Positions 8,028 through 17,783 of a stretch of 64,000 nt of DNA are shown piece by piece. Positions within the stretch are counted from its first letter, which is position 1. Each line of letters opens with the position of its first letter. Location of the stretch: contig OZ250173.1 in assembly GCA_965238075.1 (NCBI GenBank), positions 3,200,001 to 3,264,000 of the forward strand, written 5' to 3'. Below the pieces are notes generated by a model. That model worked only from the letters and a program-made list of their open reading frames with translations, had not been told where the DNA came from and did no database searches. Made by a program: the position numbers and the translations under genes. This stretch comes from Candidatus Entotheonellaceae bacterium. Its GTDB lineage: Bacteria; Tectomicrobia; Entotheonellia; Entotheonellales; Entotheonellaceae.

Positions 8028-9866
8028 TTACAGAGAGAAGACGTACAGGACGTTACTGGGAACGGCCTTCTTCAGCTCGGGCGTCGAGTCCGTGAACCAC
8101 TGCGGCCAGGCGCCGCCCAGGCCCACTTCGATGGCGATGTACTGCTTGCCGCCGGCCAGGAACGACATCGGTGGTGCGTTGATGCCCGCGCCGGCCTCAA
8201 ACCGCCACAGTTCCTGCAGCGTGTCGGCGTCCAGCGCCACCACGCCGCCGTCCGCGAGGCCGGTAAAGACGAGACCGCCCGCCGTGGCCATCAAGCCGCC
8301 CAGCAGCGGGAACTTGGTTTCCCACTTGCCGCGCACGGCGCCCGTGGAAACGTCGATGGCCGTTACGCTACCGGTGATACGGCCGGATGCCGGGTCATCG
8401 AAGGTGAAATACGGGGCGCCGCCGAGAAACCAATTACGGCTAGCCGGGTCCCAATTTTTCGGGGCGACCTGGGCGAACGCCTTGTTGCAGCTTTCGATGA
8501 CGGGGATGTAATACAACCCGGTGTGCGGGCTGTAAGCCGTGGGGGGCCAATTCTTGCCGCCCGTGTGGGCTGGGCAGGAAATCCCCTCGACCGCGCCGCG
8601 CTCGCCCTCTTCCGTGACCCCGCCGCGTCCGGCCGCGGTGCCGGGCACGTAGGTCTGGACGTCCGTGTTGGGATCGTAAGAGGCCGGCCGACCGTTCTCG
8701 TCCAGTCCTTTCGTCCAGTTCAGCTTCTTCACGAACTGGGTGCCCCAGACGAACTTGCCGTTGGTGCGATCCAGCGCGTAGGCGAAGCCATTGCGATTGG
8801 AGTGCAGTGTGGCGCGCACGTACTGGCCGTTGATGTTGGTATCAACGAAGGTATTCTCCGCGATGGAGTCGAAATCGTAGGGATCATTCGGCGTGTGCTG
8901 GAATCCCCACAGGAACTTGCCGGTATCCGCGTCCAGGGCGATGGTGCTGTCGGTCCATAGGTTGTCGCCCGGGCGATACGCGTTATCCCAGTCCGGCCCA
9001 GGGTTGGCCGTGCCCCAAACCACGATGTTGAGCTCGGGATCGTAAGAACCCGTCACCCAGGTGGAGCCGCCGCCGGTCTGCCAGGCGCCGTAATCGTCCT
9101 TCCAGGTTTCATGACCCGGCTCGCCCGGCCCCGGGATGGTGTGGGTGCGCCAGATTTCCTTGCCGGTGTTCACGTCCAGCGCGGCGATCCAGCCGCGGAC
9201 GCCAAACTCGGCGCCGGCCATACCGGTCAGCACCATGTCCTTCACGATGAGCGGGGCGCCGGTCATAACCTCGGCGATACCGGGGTCAGCCACCTGGGTT
9301 TCCCACAGCAGACTGCCGTCGTTCTTGTTCAAGGCGAAAACGCGGCCGTCGATCACGATGCCCAAAACCTTGTCGCCGTGCAAAGCGACGCCGCGGTTGT
9401 TGATGCCGCAGCAGGTGACGCTGGGCGCGTAGTCTTTGTCAGCCTCGGGGTTGTGCTTCCACATCAGCACGGGCTTGCCGCCGCGCACGTCCAGCTTGGT
9501 GATCACACCCCAGCCGGTGGTCAGGTACAGGAAGCCGTCTTCTGCTATTGGCGTGCCTTCCAGGCCGGAGAACGGGAAGACGACCGGCGCGGTGCCGCCG
9601 CCCTGGATGTCGCCCATGGCCCACGCGAAGGCGACCTTCAGGTCGGCGACGTTAGACTTGTTGATCTGCGTGAGGCCGGAGAATCGATGGGCCTCATAGT
9701 TGCCGTGATGATTGATCCAGTTGCCGGGCTCATTTTCGCTGTTGACCAGGCGCTCGTGCGTCACGTTTCCCGCCAGGGCCGTCATGGCGAAAACAGTCAA
9801 GCCGAGCAACACGGCCAAGGCGCCGCGATAGGACAATTTACAAACGATGTTCCTCGTTCCCTCCAC
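8028..9866 (-). CDS. PQQ-dependent alcohol dehydrogenase (methanol/ethanol family), probably lanthanide-dependent
   Basis: Signal peptide; vicinal CC in TCCGINNRG; GAEFGVRG; GTANPGP; PYDFDS; PQQ Trp-docking repeats. Confidence 0.92.
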   Translation of the reverse strand: MEGTRNIVCKLSYRGALAVLLGLTVFAMTALAGNVTHERLVNSENEPGNWINHHGNYEAHRFSGLTQINKSNVADLKVAFAWAMGDIQGGGTAPVVFPFSGLEGTPIAEDGFLYLTTGWGVITKLDVRGGKPVLMWKHNPEADKDYAPSVTCCGINNRGVALHGDKVLGIVIDGRVFALNKNDGSLLWETQVADPGIAEVMTGAPLIVKDMVLTGMAGAEFGVRGWIAALDVNTGKEIWRTHTIPGPGEPGHETWKDDYGAWQTGGGSTWVTGSYDPELNIVVWGTANPGPDWDNAYRPGDNLWTDSTIALDADTGKFLWGFQHTPNDPYDFDSIAENTFVDTNINGQYVRATLHSNRNGFAYALDRTNGKFVWGTQFVKKLNWTKGLDENGRPASYDPNTDVQTYVPGTAAGRGGVTEEGERGAVEGISCPAHTGGKNWPPTAYSPHTGLYYIPVIESCNKAFAQVAPKNWDPASRNWFLGGAPYFTFDDPASGRITGSVTAIDVSTGAVRGKWETKFPLLGGLMATAGGLVFTGLADGGVVALDADTLQELWRFEAGAGINAPPMSFLAGGKQYIAIEVGLGGAWPQWFTDSTPELKKAVPSNVLYVFSL

Positions 9867-10120
9867 TGTTTAACCATACATGTTCTGCCGGACGCCGCGT
9901 GAGGCATGGTCGTCACTGCCAGCCAGCCGTAACCCTTTGTCCGCAGAGCAAACGAGCGGGGATTCCATCCGAATTGCCGCCGAAATGCCATGAGAGCCGC
10001 CGGCCCTTGGTATCATGCCCTCTGCGGGCGTTGCTTCAAGGTGTCTTGCACTATGTATAATGAAAGACATAGGCACTGCTGCACAGCTACGAGCTGTATA
10101 AACGATAAAGGAGGCGCAAT

Positions 10121-11296
10121 ATGTGGCTGCCGGAGCGCATGAAGTTTGGCATCTTTCTCGGCCCCTTCCACCGCGTGGGGGAAAACCCGACCCTTGCCAT
10201 GGACCGCGATCTCGAGTTGATCCAGTGGCTCGACTACCTGGGTTTTGACGAAGCGTGGGTCGGCGAGCACCACAGCGCGGGCTGGGAAATCATCTCCTCT
10301 CCCGAGATATTCATCGCCGTGGCGGCAGATCGCACGCGCTACATCAAGCTCGGCACCGGGGTCATCAGCCTGCCCTACCACCACCCGTTCATGGTGGCCA
10401 ATCGCATGGTGCAGCTTGATCACATGACGCATGGCCGCGTGATGCTGGGCGTGGGGCCGGGGGCGCTGCCCGGCGATGCCTACATGATGGGCATTGACGC
10501 CACGACGCAGCGGGCGCGCATGGACGAGGCGATGGGCATTATTCTGCGGCTGTTCACCGAGACGGAACCCCTGACGTACAAGAGCGACTGGTTTGAGCTC
10601 CATGAGGCGCTTCTGCAGATCCGCCCTTACCAAAGGCCGTATATGCCGCTTGCCGTCGCCTCCGTGCAGTCGCCGGCCGGGGTGGCGCTGGCCGGCAAGT
10701 ACGGCGCCGCGGTTCTGACCATCACGACACCGCGCGACCCCTCTGCCGGCGGCGCCGACCTGAAGGGGCTCTGGACAATCGCCGAGCAGTCGGCTGCCGA
10801 GCACGGCCAGGAGGTGGACCGCGCGGACTGGCGGCTGGTCCTGCCCGTGCATCTGGCCGAAACCCGCAAGGAGGCGCTGGACCAGGCACGTCTCGGGGCC
10901 GGGCACTACCAGCGGGAGTATTTCGAGAGGACCATGGGGCGCGCGCAGATGATCGACGGCCCTTTGGATAAGGTGATCGACGGCATGGTCGAACGCGGCG
11001 CCTGGATCGTGGGAACGCCGGACGACTGCGTGGCCGGCATCAAGCGCCTGGCGGAGCAAAGCGACGGCTTTGGCGGGCTTCTGGTGCAAACGGTCGATTG
11101 GGCGCCGCGCGAGGCGATGCTGCACAGCTACGAGCTGCTGGCGCGTTACGTCATGCCGCAGTTCCAGGGAAGCGCGGCAGGCACCGCGGCCTCAAATACC
11201 TGGGCTTATGACCGGCGCGAGGTGCTCATGGCGGGGCGCACGCGGGCCCTCGACCACGCCCGCCAATTGTACGCGCAACGGCACGCTGTTTCATAG
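10121..11296 (+). CDS. LLM class flavin-dependent oxidoreductase
   Basis: AGGAGG RBS; LGFDEAWVGEHH and GTGVISLPYHHP. Confidence 0.92.
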   Translation: MWLPERMKFGIFLGPFHRVGENPTLAMDRDLELIQWLDYLGFDEAWVGEHHSAGWEIISSPEIFIAVAADRTRYIKLGTGVISLPYHHPFMVANRMVQLDHMTHGRVMLGVGPGALPGDAYMMGIDATTQRARMDEAMGIILRLFTETEPLTYKSDWFELHEALLQIRPYQRPYMPLAVASVQSPAGVALAGKYGAAVLTITTPRDPSAGGADLKGLWTIAEQSAAEHGQEVDRADWRLVLPVHLAETRKEALDQARLGAGHYQREYFERTMGRAQMIDGPLDKVIDGMVERGAWIVGTPDDCVAGIKRLAEQSDGFGGLLVQTVDWAPREAMLHSYELLARYVMPQFQGSAAGTAASNTWAYDRREVLMAGRTRALDHARQLYAQRHAVS

Positions 11297-11394
11297 CCGC
11301 GCACCATTTTGCTCCTCTTAATTGAACAAATACATAATTTGCACGGCATTGTGTTATGATACACAATTCATTGTTAAATAGGAGGAGGGCCAGT

Positions 11395-11658
11395 ATGACG
11401 AACGTTTACGTTGGTAATTTGCCGTTCAGTACGACCGAGGAAGAAATACGCAACATGTTCAGTGCTTATGGAGCCGTGGACAACGTCAGTTTGATCACGG
11501 ACCGGGAAACCGGGCGACTTCGGGGATTTGGATTCGTCGAGATGTCGGACGGTGCGGATGAGGCCATTGCTGCTCTTAATCAAACCGAAGTCGGTGGCAG
11601 ACGCTTGGTCGTGAATCTCGCCAAGCCGCGGGAGGAACGCCGTCCGCGGCGCTGGTAG
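11395..11658 (+). CDS. Single-RRM RNA-binding protein
   Basis: RNP2 VYVGNL and RNP1 RGFGFVEM; AGGAGG RBS. Confidence 0.93.
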   Translation: MTNVYVGNLPFSTTEEEIRNMFSAYGAVDNVSLITDRETGRLRGFGFVEMSDGADEAIAALNQTEVGGRRLVVNLAKPREERRPRRW

Positions 11659-11802
11659 CTTTGGGGCCTTCATCGGCCCTGGAATCGCGTCTCTCGGCAC
11701 CCCCGTTAAAGGTACCAGTTTTGACCTTGACCCTCGGCCAGGTCGTGTGTTAACAGTCTCCGAGTTAATGACATTTCACACTCTTCACCAAGTAAAGCGC
11801 TG

Positions 11803-11919
11803 ATGAACTTCGGCTCGACGGTTATCCAAGGTATTTCTCCCCACTGCACCCACTGCACCGGCGGTGCGTGCTGTAGCTACGAAGGCCACAATACCTTCAG
11901 ACGGGGGAGATTCGGATAA
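11803..11919 (+). CDS. Putative cysteine-rich leader peptide (38 aa)
   Basis: MNFGSTVIQGISPHCTHCTGGACCSYEGHNTFRRGRFG*; four Cys within ten codons; upstream of a terminator and the sulfite reductase. Confidence 0.7.
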   Translation: MNFGSTVIQGISPHCTHCTGGACCSYEGHNTFRRGRFG

Positions 11920-11958
11920 GCAACGTCTATTAGAAACCGATTTTTCAGGCGACATGCC

Positions 11959-12000
11959 AAGCCCACTCCCTGTTTGCAGGTGAGTGGGCTTTTTTTGTTT
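11959..12000 (+). terminator. Intrinsic terminator (attenuator) in the sulfite reductase leader
   Basis: AAGCCCACTC-CCTG-TTTG-CAGG-T-GAGTGGGCTT plus U-tract, 65 nt before the start codon. Confidence 0.88.
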
Positions 12001-12065
12001 CTACACGGCGCCGCAAAGCCGGCGCATAGCACCCCGCGACATCGACACGGTAAGGAAAATAGCCA

Positions 12066-14318
12066 ATGAGCGCTACCACCTGGAAGGAATGCCTGCAGGG
12101 TCGCCTGCCGGCGGCCTTGGAAGAGGAAATCGGCATTTTCGAGACGCAATTGACGTTGAAGCGTCAGGACAAGATTGACGACAAGATTTTTGCCGAGACG
12201 CGCCTGCGGCGCGGGGTCTATGGACAGCGCTATGACAATGGACAGCGCCACGACGGCGTGGAAACGCGGCCGTTGAGTTATCCCTGCGAGGGTCTCACCA
12301 AGGGACCGCAAACGGTGTGGGACGCGCCCGGCATGCAGCGCATCAAGATTCCCTTTGGCGGCCTCAACGCCGAGCAAATGGAGACGCTGGCCGACTTGGC
12401 CGAGGAGTACTCTGACGCCATCTGTCACGTCACCACCCGGCAGGATTTTCAACTCCACTTTGTGCACATCGACGATACCCCCGATCTCATGCGGCGCCTG
12501 GCCGCGGTGGGCATCACCACACAGGAAGCTTGCGGCAACGTGGTGCGCAACGTCACCGCCTGCCCCCTGGCCGGCGTTTGCAGCGACGAGAGCTTCGACG
12601 TCACGCCCTACGCCCACGCCTTGACGTATTTCCTCCTGAATCACAAGGATGCCCAGGATTTTGGCCGCAAGTTCAAGATCGCGTTTTCGGGCTGCACCGA
12701 CCACGCCTGCGGCTTGGCCAACATGCACGATCTCGGCCTCATTGCCAAAACGAGGGTGGAAAACGGCCAGTCTAGGCGCGGTTTCACCTTCTACGTTGGC
12801 GGCGGCTTGGGGGCCGTACCGCATCAGGCGCAGGTACTGGACGATTTTGTTGCAGAGGAAGAGATTCTGCCGTTGGCCCAGGCGGTCTGCCGGGTCTTCG
12901 CGCGGCTGGGCGAAAAGAAGAACCGCGCGCGGGCGCGCCTGAAATTTCTGGTGGCCAAGTTGGGCATTGAGGAATTTCGGCGGCTGGTGCTGGAAGCGCG
13001 CGCGATTCTGCCTCAGGACGAGCGCTGGACGCTCTACATGGACAACCTCGGCGTCACGGATGAAGCCCCCGCGCGGCCGGCTGGCGCCCTGCCGGAGGAA
13101 CCGCATCCCGAAGGGTTTGCCGACTGGATGGCGAGCAACGTCATGTTCCAGAGCCAACCCGGCTACGCCGTGGCGACCGTCTGTCTGCCCATGGGCGACC
13201 TCACCTCCGAGCAGATGCGCACCCTGGCCGACATCACACGGCGCTACAACGGCGGCCGCGCCCGCACCACGGTTGAGCAGAACATCGTGCTGCGTTGGAT
13301 CAGTCAGGCCGACCTCCCCGGCCTCTATACCGACCTTGCGGCGGTCGGCTTGGCGGAATCCGGGGCTTCCACCCTGCGCGACATCACTGCCTGCCCGGGC
13401 ACGGACACCTGCAAGCTCGGCATTTCGTCGTCCCGCGGTTTGGCGGCAGAACTGCGCCAGCGGGCGTCGGCGTGCAACGGCCAGCTCGACCCGTCCGTGA
13501 AGGACCTGAAGATCAAGATCAGCGGATGCTTCAACTCCTGCGGTCAGCATCACGTGGCCGACATTGGTTTCTACGGCGTCAGCCGCAAGTCGGACAACCA
13601 CGCGGTGCCGCACTTTCAGGTGGTGCTTGGCGGTCAGTGGACCGAGAACGCCGCCGCCTATGGCCTGGCCACCGTGGCGGTGCCGTCAAAGCGCGTGCCG
13701 GAGGCGGTGGATCGCATTACGGACTTCTACGTGGCGGAGCGGGAGCCAGAGGAAAGTTTTCAGGCTTTTATCAAGCGCACCGGTAAGGCCAAAATCCGCG
13801 CGCTCCTTCAGGATCTGACGAAGGTGCCGGCGTATGCCGAGGACAGTTCTCACTATTCCGATTGGGGCGACCCGCGCGAATACAGCCTTGGCGACATGGG
13901 CGTTGGCGAGTGCGCCGGTGAGGTTGTGTCGTTGACCGAATTTGGGCTGGCCAGCAGCGAGCGGCAGGTCTTCGAGGCGCAGGTGGACCTGGACAACCGG
14001 GACTTTCCCAAGGCATCGCAAACGGCTTTCCAGGCCATGCTGGAGGCGGCCAAGGCCCTCATTCAGGTCTACAACATCGACGTCATCAACGATGCGGACC
14101 AGATCGTCGAGGAATTCCGGCGGCGTTTTTACGATACCGAGTTGTTCCATGACCCTTACGCCGGTCCCAAGTTCGCCAATTACCTGTTTCACGCCGCCAA
14201 CGGCGGCCGGGCCGATACCAGCCCGGCGGCGGTTCACCGGCGTATCGAGGAGGCCCAGCTTTTCATCGAGGCGGCCTATTCCTGCTACAGCCGTCTCGGT
14301 CAGCGGCAGCCGGTGTAA
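12066..14318 (+). CDS. Siroheme/[4Fe-4S] sulfite (or nitrite) reductase with C-terminal helical extension
   Basis: TTRQDFQLH, RNVTACP, ITACPGTDTC and SGCFNSCGQH. Confidence 0.9.
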   Translation: MSATTWKECLQGRLPAALEEEIGIFETQLTLKRQDKIDDKIFAETRLRRGVYGQRYDNGQRHDGVETRPLSYPCEGLTKGPQTVWDAPGMQRIKIPFGGLNAEQMETLADLAEEYSDAICHVTTRQDFQLHFVHIDDTPDLMRRLAAVGITTQEACGNVVRNVTACPLAGVCSDESFDVTPYAHALTYFLLNHKDAQDFGRKFKIAFSGCTDHACGLANMHDLGLIAKTRVENGQSRRGFTFYVGGGLGAVPHQAQVLDDFVAEEEILPLAQAVCRVFARLGEKKNRARARLKFLVAKLGIEEFRRLVLEARAILPQDERWTLYMDNLGVTDEAPARPAGALPEEPHPEGFADWMASNVMFQSQPGYAVATVCLPMGDLTSEQMRTLADITRRYNGGRARTTVEQNIVLRWISQADLPGLYTDLAAVGLAESGASTLRDITACPGTDTCKLGISSSRGLAAELRQRASACNGQLDPSVKDLKIKISGCFNSCGQHHVADIGFYGVSRKSDNHAVPHFQVVLGGQWTENAAAYGLATVAVPSKRVPEAVDRITDFYVAEREPEESFQAFIKRTGKAKIRALLQDLTKVPAYAEDSSHYSDWGDPREYSLGDMGVGECAGEVVSLTEFGLASSERQVFEAQVDLDNRDFPKASQTAFQAMLEAAKALIQVYNIDVINDADQIVEEFRRRFYDTELFHDPYAGPKFANYLFHAANGGRADTSPAAVHRRIEEAQLFIEAAYSCYSRLGQRQPV

Positions 14319-14338
14319 TTCAGGAGGAAAGCAAGGCC

Positions 14339-14947
14339 ATGGAAAGTGTGAAGTACGACCTTAAATTGTTCCTCCAGGAACCCGCCGAGGTCGATCTGCA
14401 AGACTTCATCCCCGTCTTTCACGACTGGATTCAACACCAGTGCCTCGACGAGTTGCTCATTGACGTCGTGGATTATCGGCACGTTCACAACGGACCGGGG
14501 GTGATGCTGATCGCCCACGACGCGCATTACGCGATGGATATGGCCGATGGCCGCATGGGCCTCCTATACAGCCGTCGGCGCGAAACCCACCCTACCCGAA
14601 ACGCGATACAAAGCGTGACGGAGCGTCTGCAATCTGTCGTGCAATGTGCCCTGACGGCGTGTCAACTTCTGGAAGCGGAACCGTCTCTGCAAGGCCGTCT
14701 GAGGTTCCGTACCGATGAGCTGCTGTTACGGGTAAACGACCGCTTGGTATCCCCTGTCCCCGCGGCTTTCGACGACCTGCAGGCGCACTTGGGACCGGTC
14801 CTGGAAAGGCTTTACCCGGACCATCAAGTGGAGATGGAGCGCTGCGGCGGGCCGATGTCCCGTTTGGCGGTGAAGATTACGGCTTCCGACGATACGGATA
14901 TGGGGAGGCTACACAGCCGGCTGGGTCACGATGAATTGTCGCTGTAG
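14339..14947 (+). CDS. Hypothetical protein co-transcribed with the reductase
   Basis: AGGAGG upstream, 20-nt gap; FHDWIQ..LIDVVDYRHVHNGPGVMLIAH looks conserved. Confidence 0.7.
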   Translation: MESVKYDLKLFLQEPAEVDLQDFIPVFHDWIQHQCLDELLIDVVDYRHVHNGPGVMLIAHDAHYAMDMADGRMGLLYSRRRETHPTRNAIQSVTERLQSVVQCALTACQLLEAEPSLQGRLRFRTDELLLRVNDRLVSPVPAAFDDLQAHLGPVLERLYPDHQVEMERCGGPMSRLAVKITASDDTDMGRLHSRLGHDELSL

Positions 14948-15131
14948 TTTCGTGGTTTGGGGTAACATCGCAAGTACTCTCTGAAGCGGTCGCACGGAGC
15001 ACCTCCATTCTCGGTTGTGTTGGCTAGCACAGCCCTAGAGTTGGAGGGCCCGTGTGGCTACCTCAAGAACACCAGTGCTGTTAGAAAGTCAAAGTTTTTG
15101 GCCGAATTCTCCCTTTGTCGTTTCACCATTA

Positions 15132-15160
15132 TCGGATTACGCTGCGCCAATCCGACCTAC
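15132..15160 (-). repeat. GTAG-type REP
   Basis: TCGGATTACGCTGCGCCAATCCGACCTAC. Confidence 0.75.
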
Positions 15161-15215
15161 TCCATACGCGTTCACAGGAACCGGAGCGGACATTCCCCAC
15201 CCTAACGCAGAAGGA

Positions 15216-16806
15216 TCAATACGGATACGGCATCGGCCCGCACGGCACCTCGATGAGCGTCGGCGCCTCCACGGCCAGCGCCTCGCGGAGTTGCGCCTCG
15301 AGCTCTTCCGCGGTGGCGGCGCGAGCGCCGCGCACGCCGAATGCCTTGGCGAGCGTCATGAAATCCGGGTTGTGCAATTCGGAGCCGTAGACACGCCCCT
15401 GGAAGCGGTCGCGCTGGTCGCGCAGGACGTTGCCGAAGGCGCTGTCGTTGAAGACGATGACGACAGCGTTGATCTTCTGCTGCACCGCGGTGGCGAGTTC
15501 CTGGACGTTGTACATAAAGCCGCCGTCGCCGGAAATGGCGACCACCGCCTTATCGGGACAGGCGACTTTGGCGCCAAGGGCGGTGGGATAGGCGTAGCCC
15601 AGATTGCCGAAATACGAGGACGTCAAGAACGTGCCAGCGTGGTAAACCGGGAAATAGGCGCGGCTGTAATACCCCACCTGCGTCATGCCGCAGATGATAA
15701 TGCCATCCTCCGGCACGGCATTGCGGATGGCGCCGACGAACCCGGCGAGCGGCTGCAGCTGGGCGTGCTCGCTGGTGCGGCGGGCCTGCTTGACGGCGGC
15801 GATCTCCTGCTCGCGGCCCGACTGCGCCGGCATGAGGCCGCTGACCGCGTCGTAGAGGGCTTGCAGGGTTTTCTTCGCATCCCCGACCAGGCCGACTGTC
15901 TTCTCATAGTTGCGACCGATCTCTGACGGATCAACGTCGATCTGCACGACTGTCTGACCGCTGAGGATTTCGGGACTGGCCAGCCGCGTGCCTACCGCCA
16001 GCACCACGTCCGTCTGCTTCATGTAGTCACTGGTAATCGGGTCGTGCCGCAGCCGCAAGGCCCCGAGCGCCAAATCGTGGCGGTCCGATAGCGCCCCCTT
16101 GCCCTCGCTGGTCGTGAGGACCGGCGCCTGTAGGTACTCCGCCAGCCGTTGCAGCGCCGCGCCGGCCTGCGACGAAATAGCCCCGCCGCCCGCCAGAATC
16201 AGGGGTTTGCTGGCCCCCTTCAGCGTTTCGGCGCCCGCTTTAACGCGGTCGCTGCTGGCCGCTTCACGCTCGGGCTCGGCCGGATCGAGCAACTTGACGT
16301 CGGCAGTTTCGGCCAGCGTTTCCGGGGGAATCTCAATTTCCACCGGCCGCGGGCGGCCCGTCTTCAACTGGTAGAACGCCTCGTGCACCGCCTCCGGCAC
16401 TTCCTGCGCCTTCAGAATCCGCCGCGTCCACTTCGTTACCGGACGAATGGTGTCCAGCTGGTCATTCACCTCGTGCAGCATGCCCCGGTCCACGCCGATG
16501 AAGTCGCGCTGAATCTGCCCCGACACCACCAGGATGGGCGACGACGCCGAGTACGCCGTGCCGATGCCCGCCGAGGCGTTCTGCAGCCACCAGCGCCGTG
16601 CCAATGTCGCCGCTGGCGCGCGCGTAGCCGTCGGCCATGTAGGTGGTGGCCTGCTCGTGGCGCACCGGAATGAATCGGATATCCGCTTCGTCGTACAAGC
16701 CGTCGAGCAAGTGGTAGAGCTGCACGCCGGGCAGACCGAAAATGACCCGCACGCCTTCGCGGTGCAGCGATTTTGCCAGGGCTTGACCGCCGGTCATCTT
16801 AGACAT
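15216..16806 (-). pseudogene. ThDP-binding protein (acetolactate synthase-like), frameshifted near 16587
   Basis: N-terminal FGLPG..RHEQ in one frame and GDGGFMY..FND in another; the expected VPGPG is missing at the junction. May be an assembly error. Confidence 0.8.
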
Positions 16807-17659
16807 AGGGCTTTTTCTCCTTGCTTAGCGCGTCGATGATCGCGCTGTAACCGTCTTGAAACGTGGGGTATCGGAACGGATAGCCGGAAGCCGCCAGACG
16901 GACGTTGCGGCAGCGCTTGTTGCTACGGCGGTTCGTTGAGGCCGCCACCAGGCGCGGCGGCGGCGTGTCCAGCACACCGGAGAGCCAGCGCAGCAGCGTG
17001 CCGCGCTCGACGGGCCGGTAATCGACCCCGATGTACAGCGGCGCCGGGTGGGCCAGGGCCGTCAGATGACGCAGCGCACCGACGCAGTCGTCACGGTGAA
17101 TGAGATTAAGGTAGACCGGCGGGCTGTCCTGATACGTCGCGTTGCCCTGCCGCAGGTTTTCGATCAGGCGCGTGCGCCCCGGCCCGTAGATGCCGGCCAG
17201 ACGCAACACGGTGGCGGCAAATTCGCTTTCCAAAAAGAGGCGCTCGCCCGCCAGCAAATGCCGCCCCCCGGCATGCAGCGGCTCCGCCGGGGTGTCTTCG
17301 TCCACCCACTCGCCGCGGCACTGCGCGTAAACCCCAGTGCTGGAGGTGAACATCACTCGGCGCGGACGCTGGCCTTGTTGCTGCAGCGCCTCCAACAAAT
17401 GGCGCGGGCCGTCGACGTATGCCGTTCGGTAGGCGGCCTCCGAACTGTCCGCCGCTGCGGCGGTGTAATACACGACGCCCAGACCCGGCGGCAGGCTGCG
17501 CAGCGTCTCGGCATCCGCCAGGTCGGCGGCCAGCGGCTGCACGGTGTCCGGCAATCCGGCGGGACGCCGCCGCAAGCCCCACACGGAATGCCCGTCGGCA
17601 GCCAGACGCACGCCCAGGGCGGTGCCGACGTAGCCGCAACCTGCTATCAGGATGTTCAT
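16799..17659 (-). CDS. NAD(P)-dependent epimerase/atypical SDR (YeeZ-like)
   Basis: IAGCGYVG, SSTGVY, RLAGIYGPGR and IHRDD. Confidence 0.85.
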   Translation of the reverse strand: MNILIAGCGYVGTALGVRLAADGHSVWGLRRRPAGLPDTVQPLAADLADAETLRSLPPGLGVVYYTAAAADSSEAAYRTAYVDGPRHLLEALQQQGQRPRRVMFTSSTGVYAQCRGEWVDEDTPAEPLHAGGRHLLAGERLFLESEFAATVLRLAGIYGPGRTRLIENLRQGNATYQDSPPVYLNLIHRDDCVGALRHLTALAHPAPLYIGVDYRPVERGTLLRWLSGVLDTPPPRLVAASTNRRSNKRCRNVRLAASGYPFRYPTFQDGYSAIIDALSKEKKPYV

Positions 17660-17783
17660 GCCGAATCCAGGTGAGAGACGAGGCCAGGGTTTCTTGCTGG
17701 TATAAATGATCCTATCGTAGCACGCCGCCCTAGGCTTCTGTAGCGGGAATCGGTGACGTGCCGCTCAGCGCTCAAGGACGAGG

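Noticed and set aside
9867-10120. pqqA-like precursor near the PQQ dehydrogenase
   Set aside because: No short ORF with ExxxY recognised
11821-11921. SAM-I riboswitch or T-box upstream of the sulfite reductase
   Set aside because: UUAUC..GAUAAG ends look like SAM-I P1, but GAGGGA, internal GCAAC and the T-box UGGNACC cores are absent; the leader-peptide model fits better
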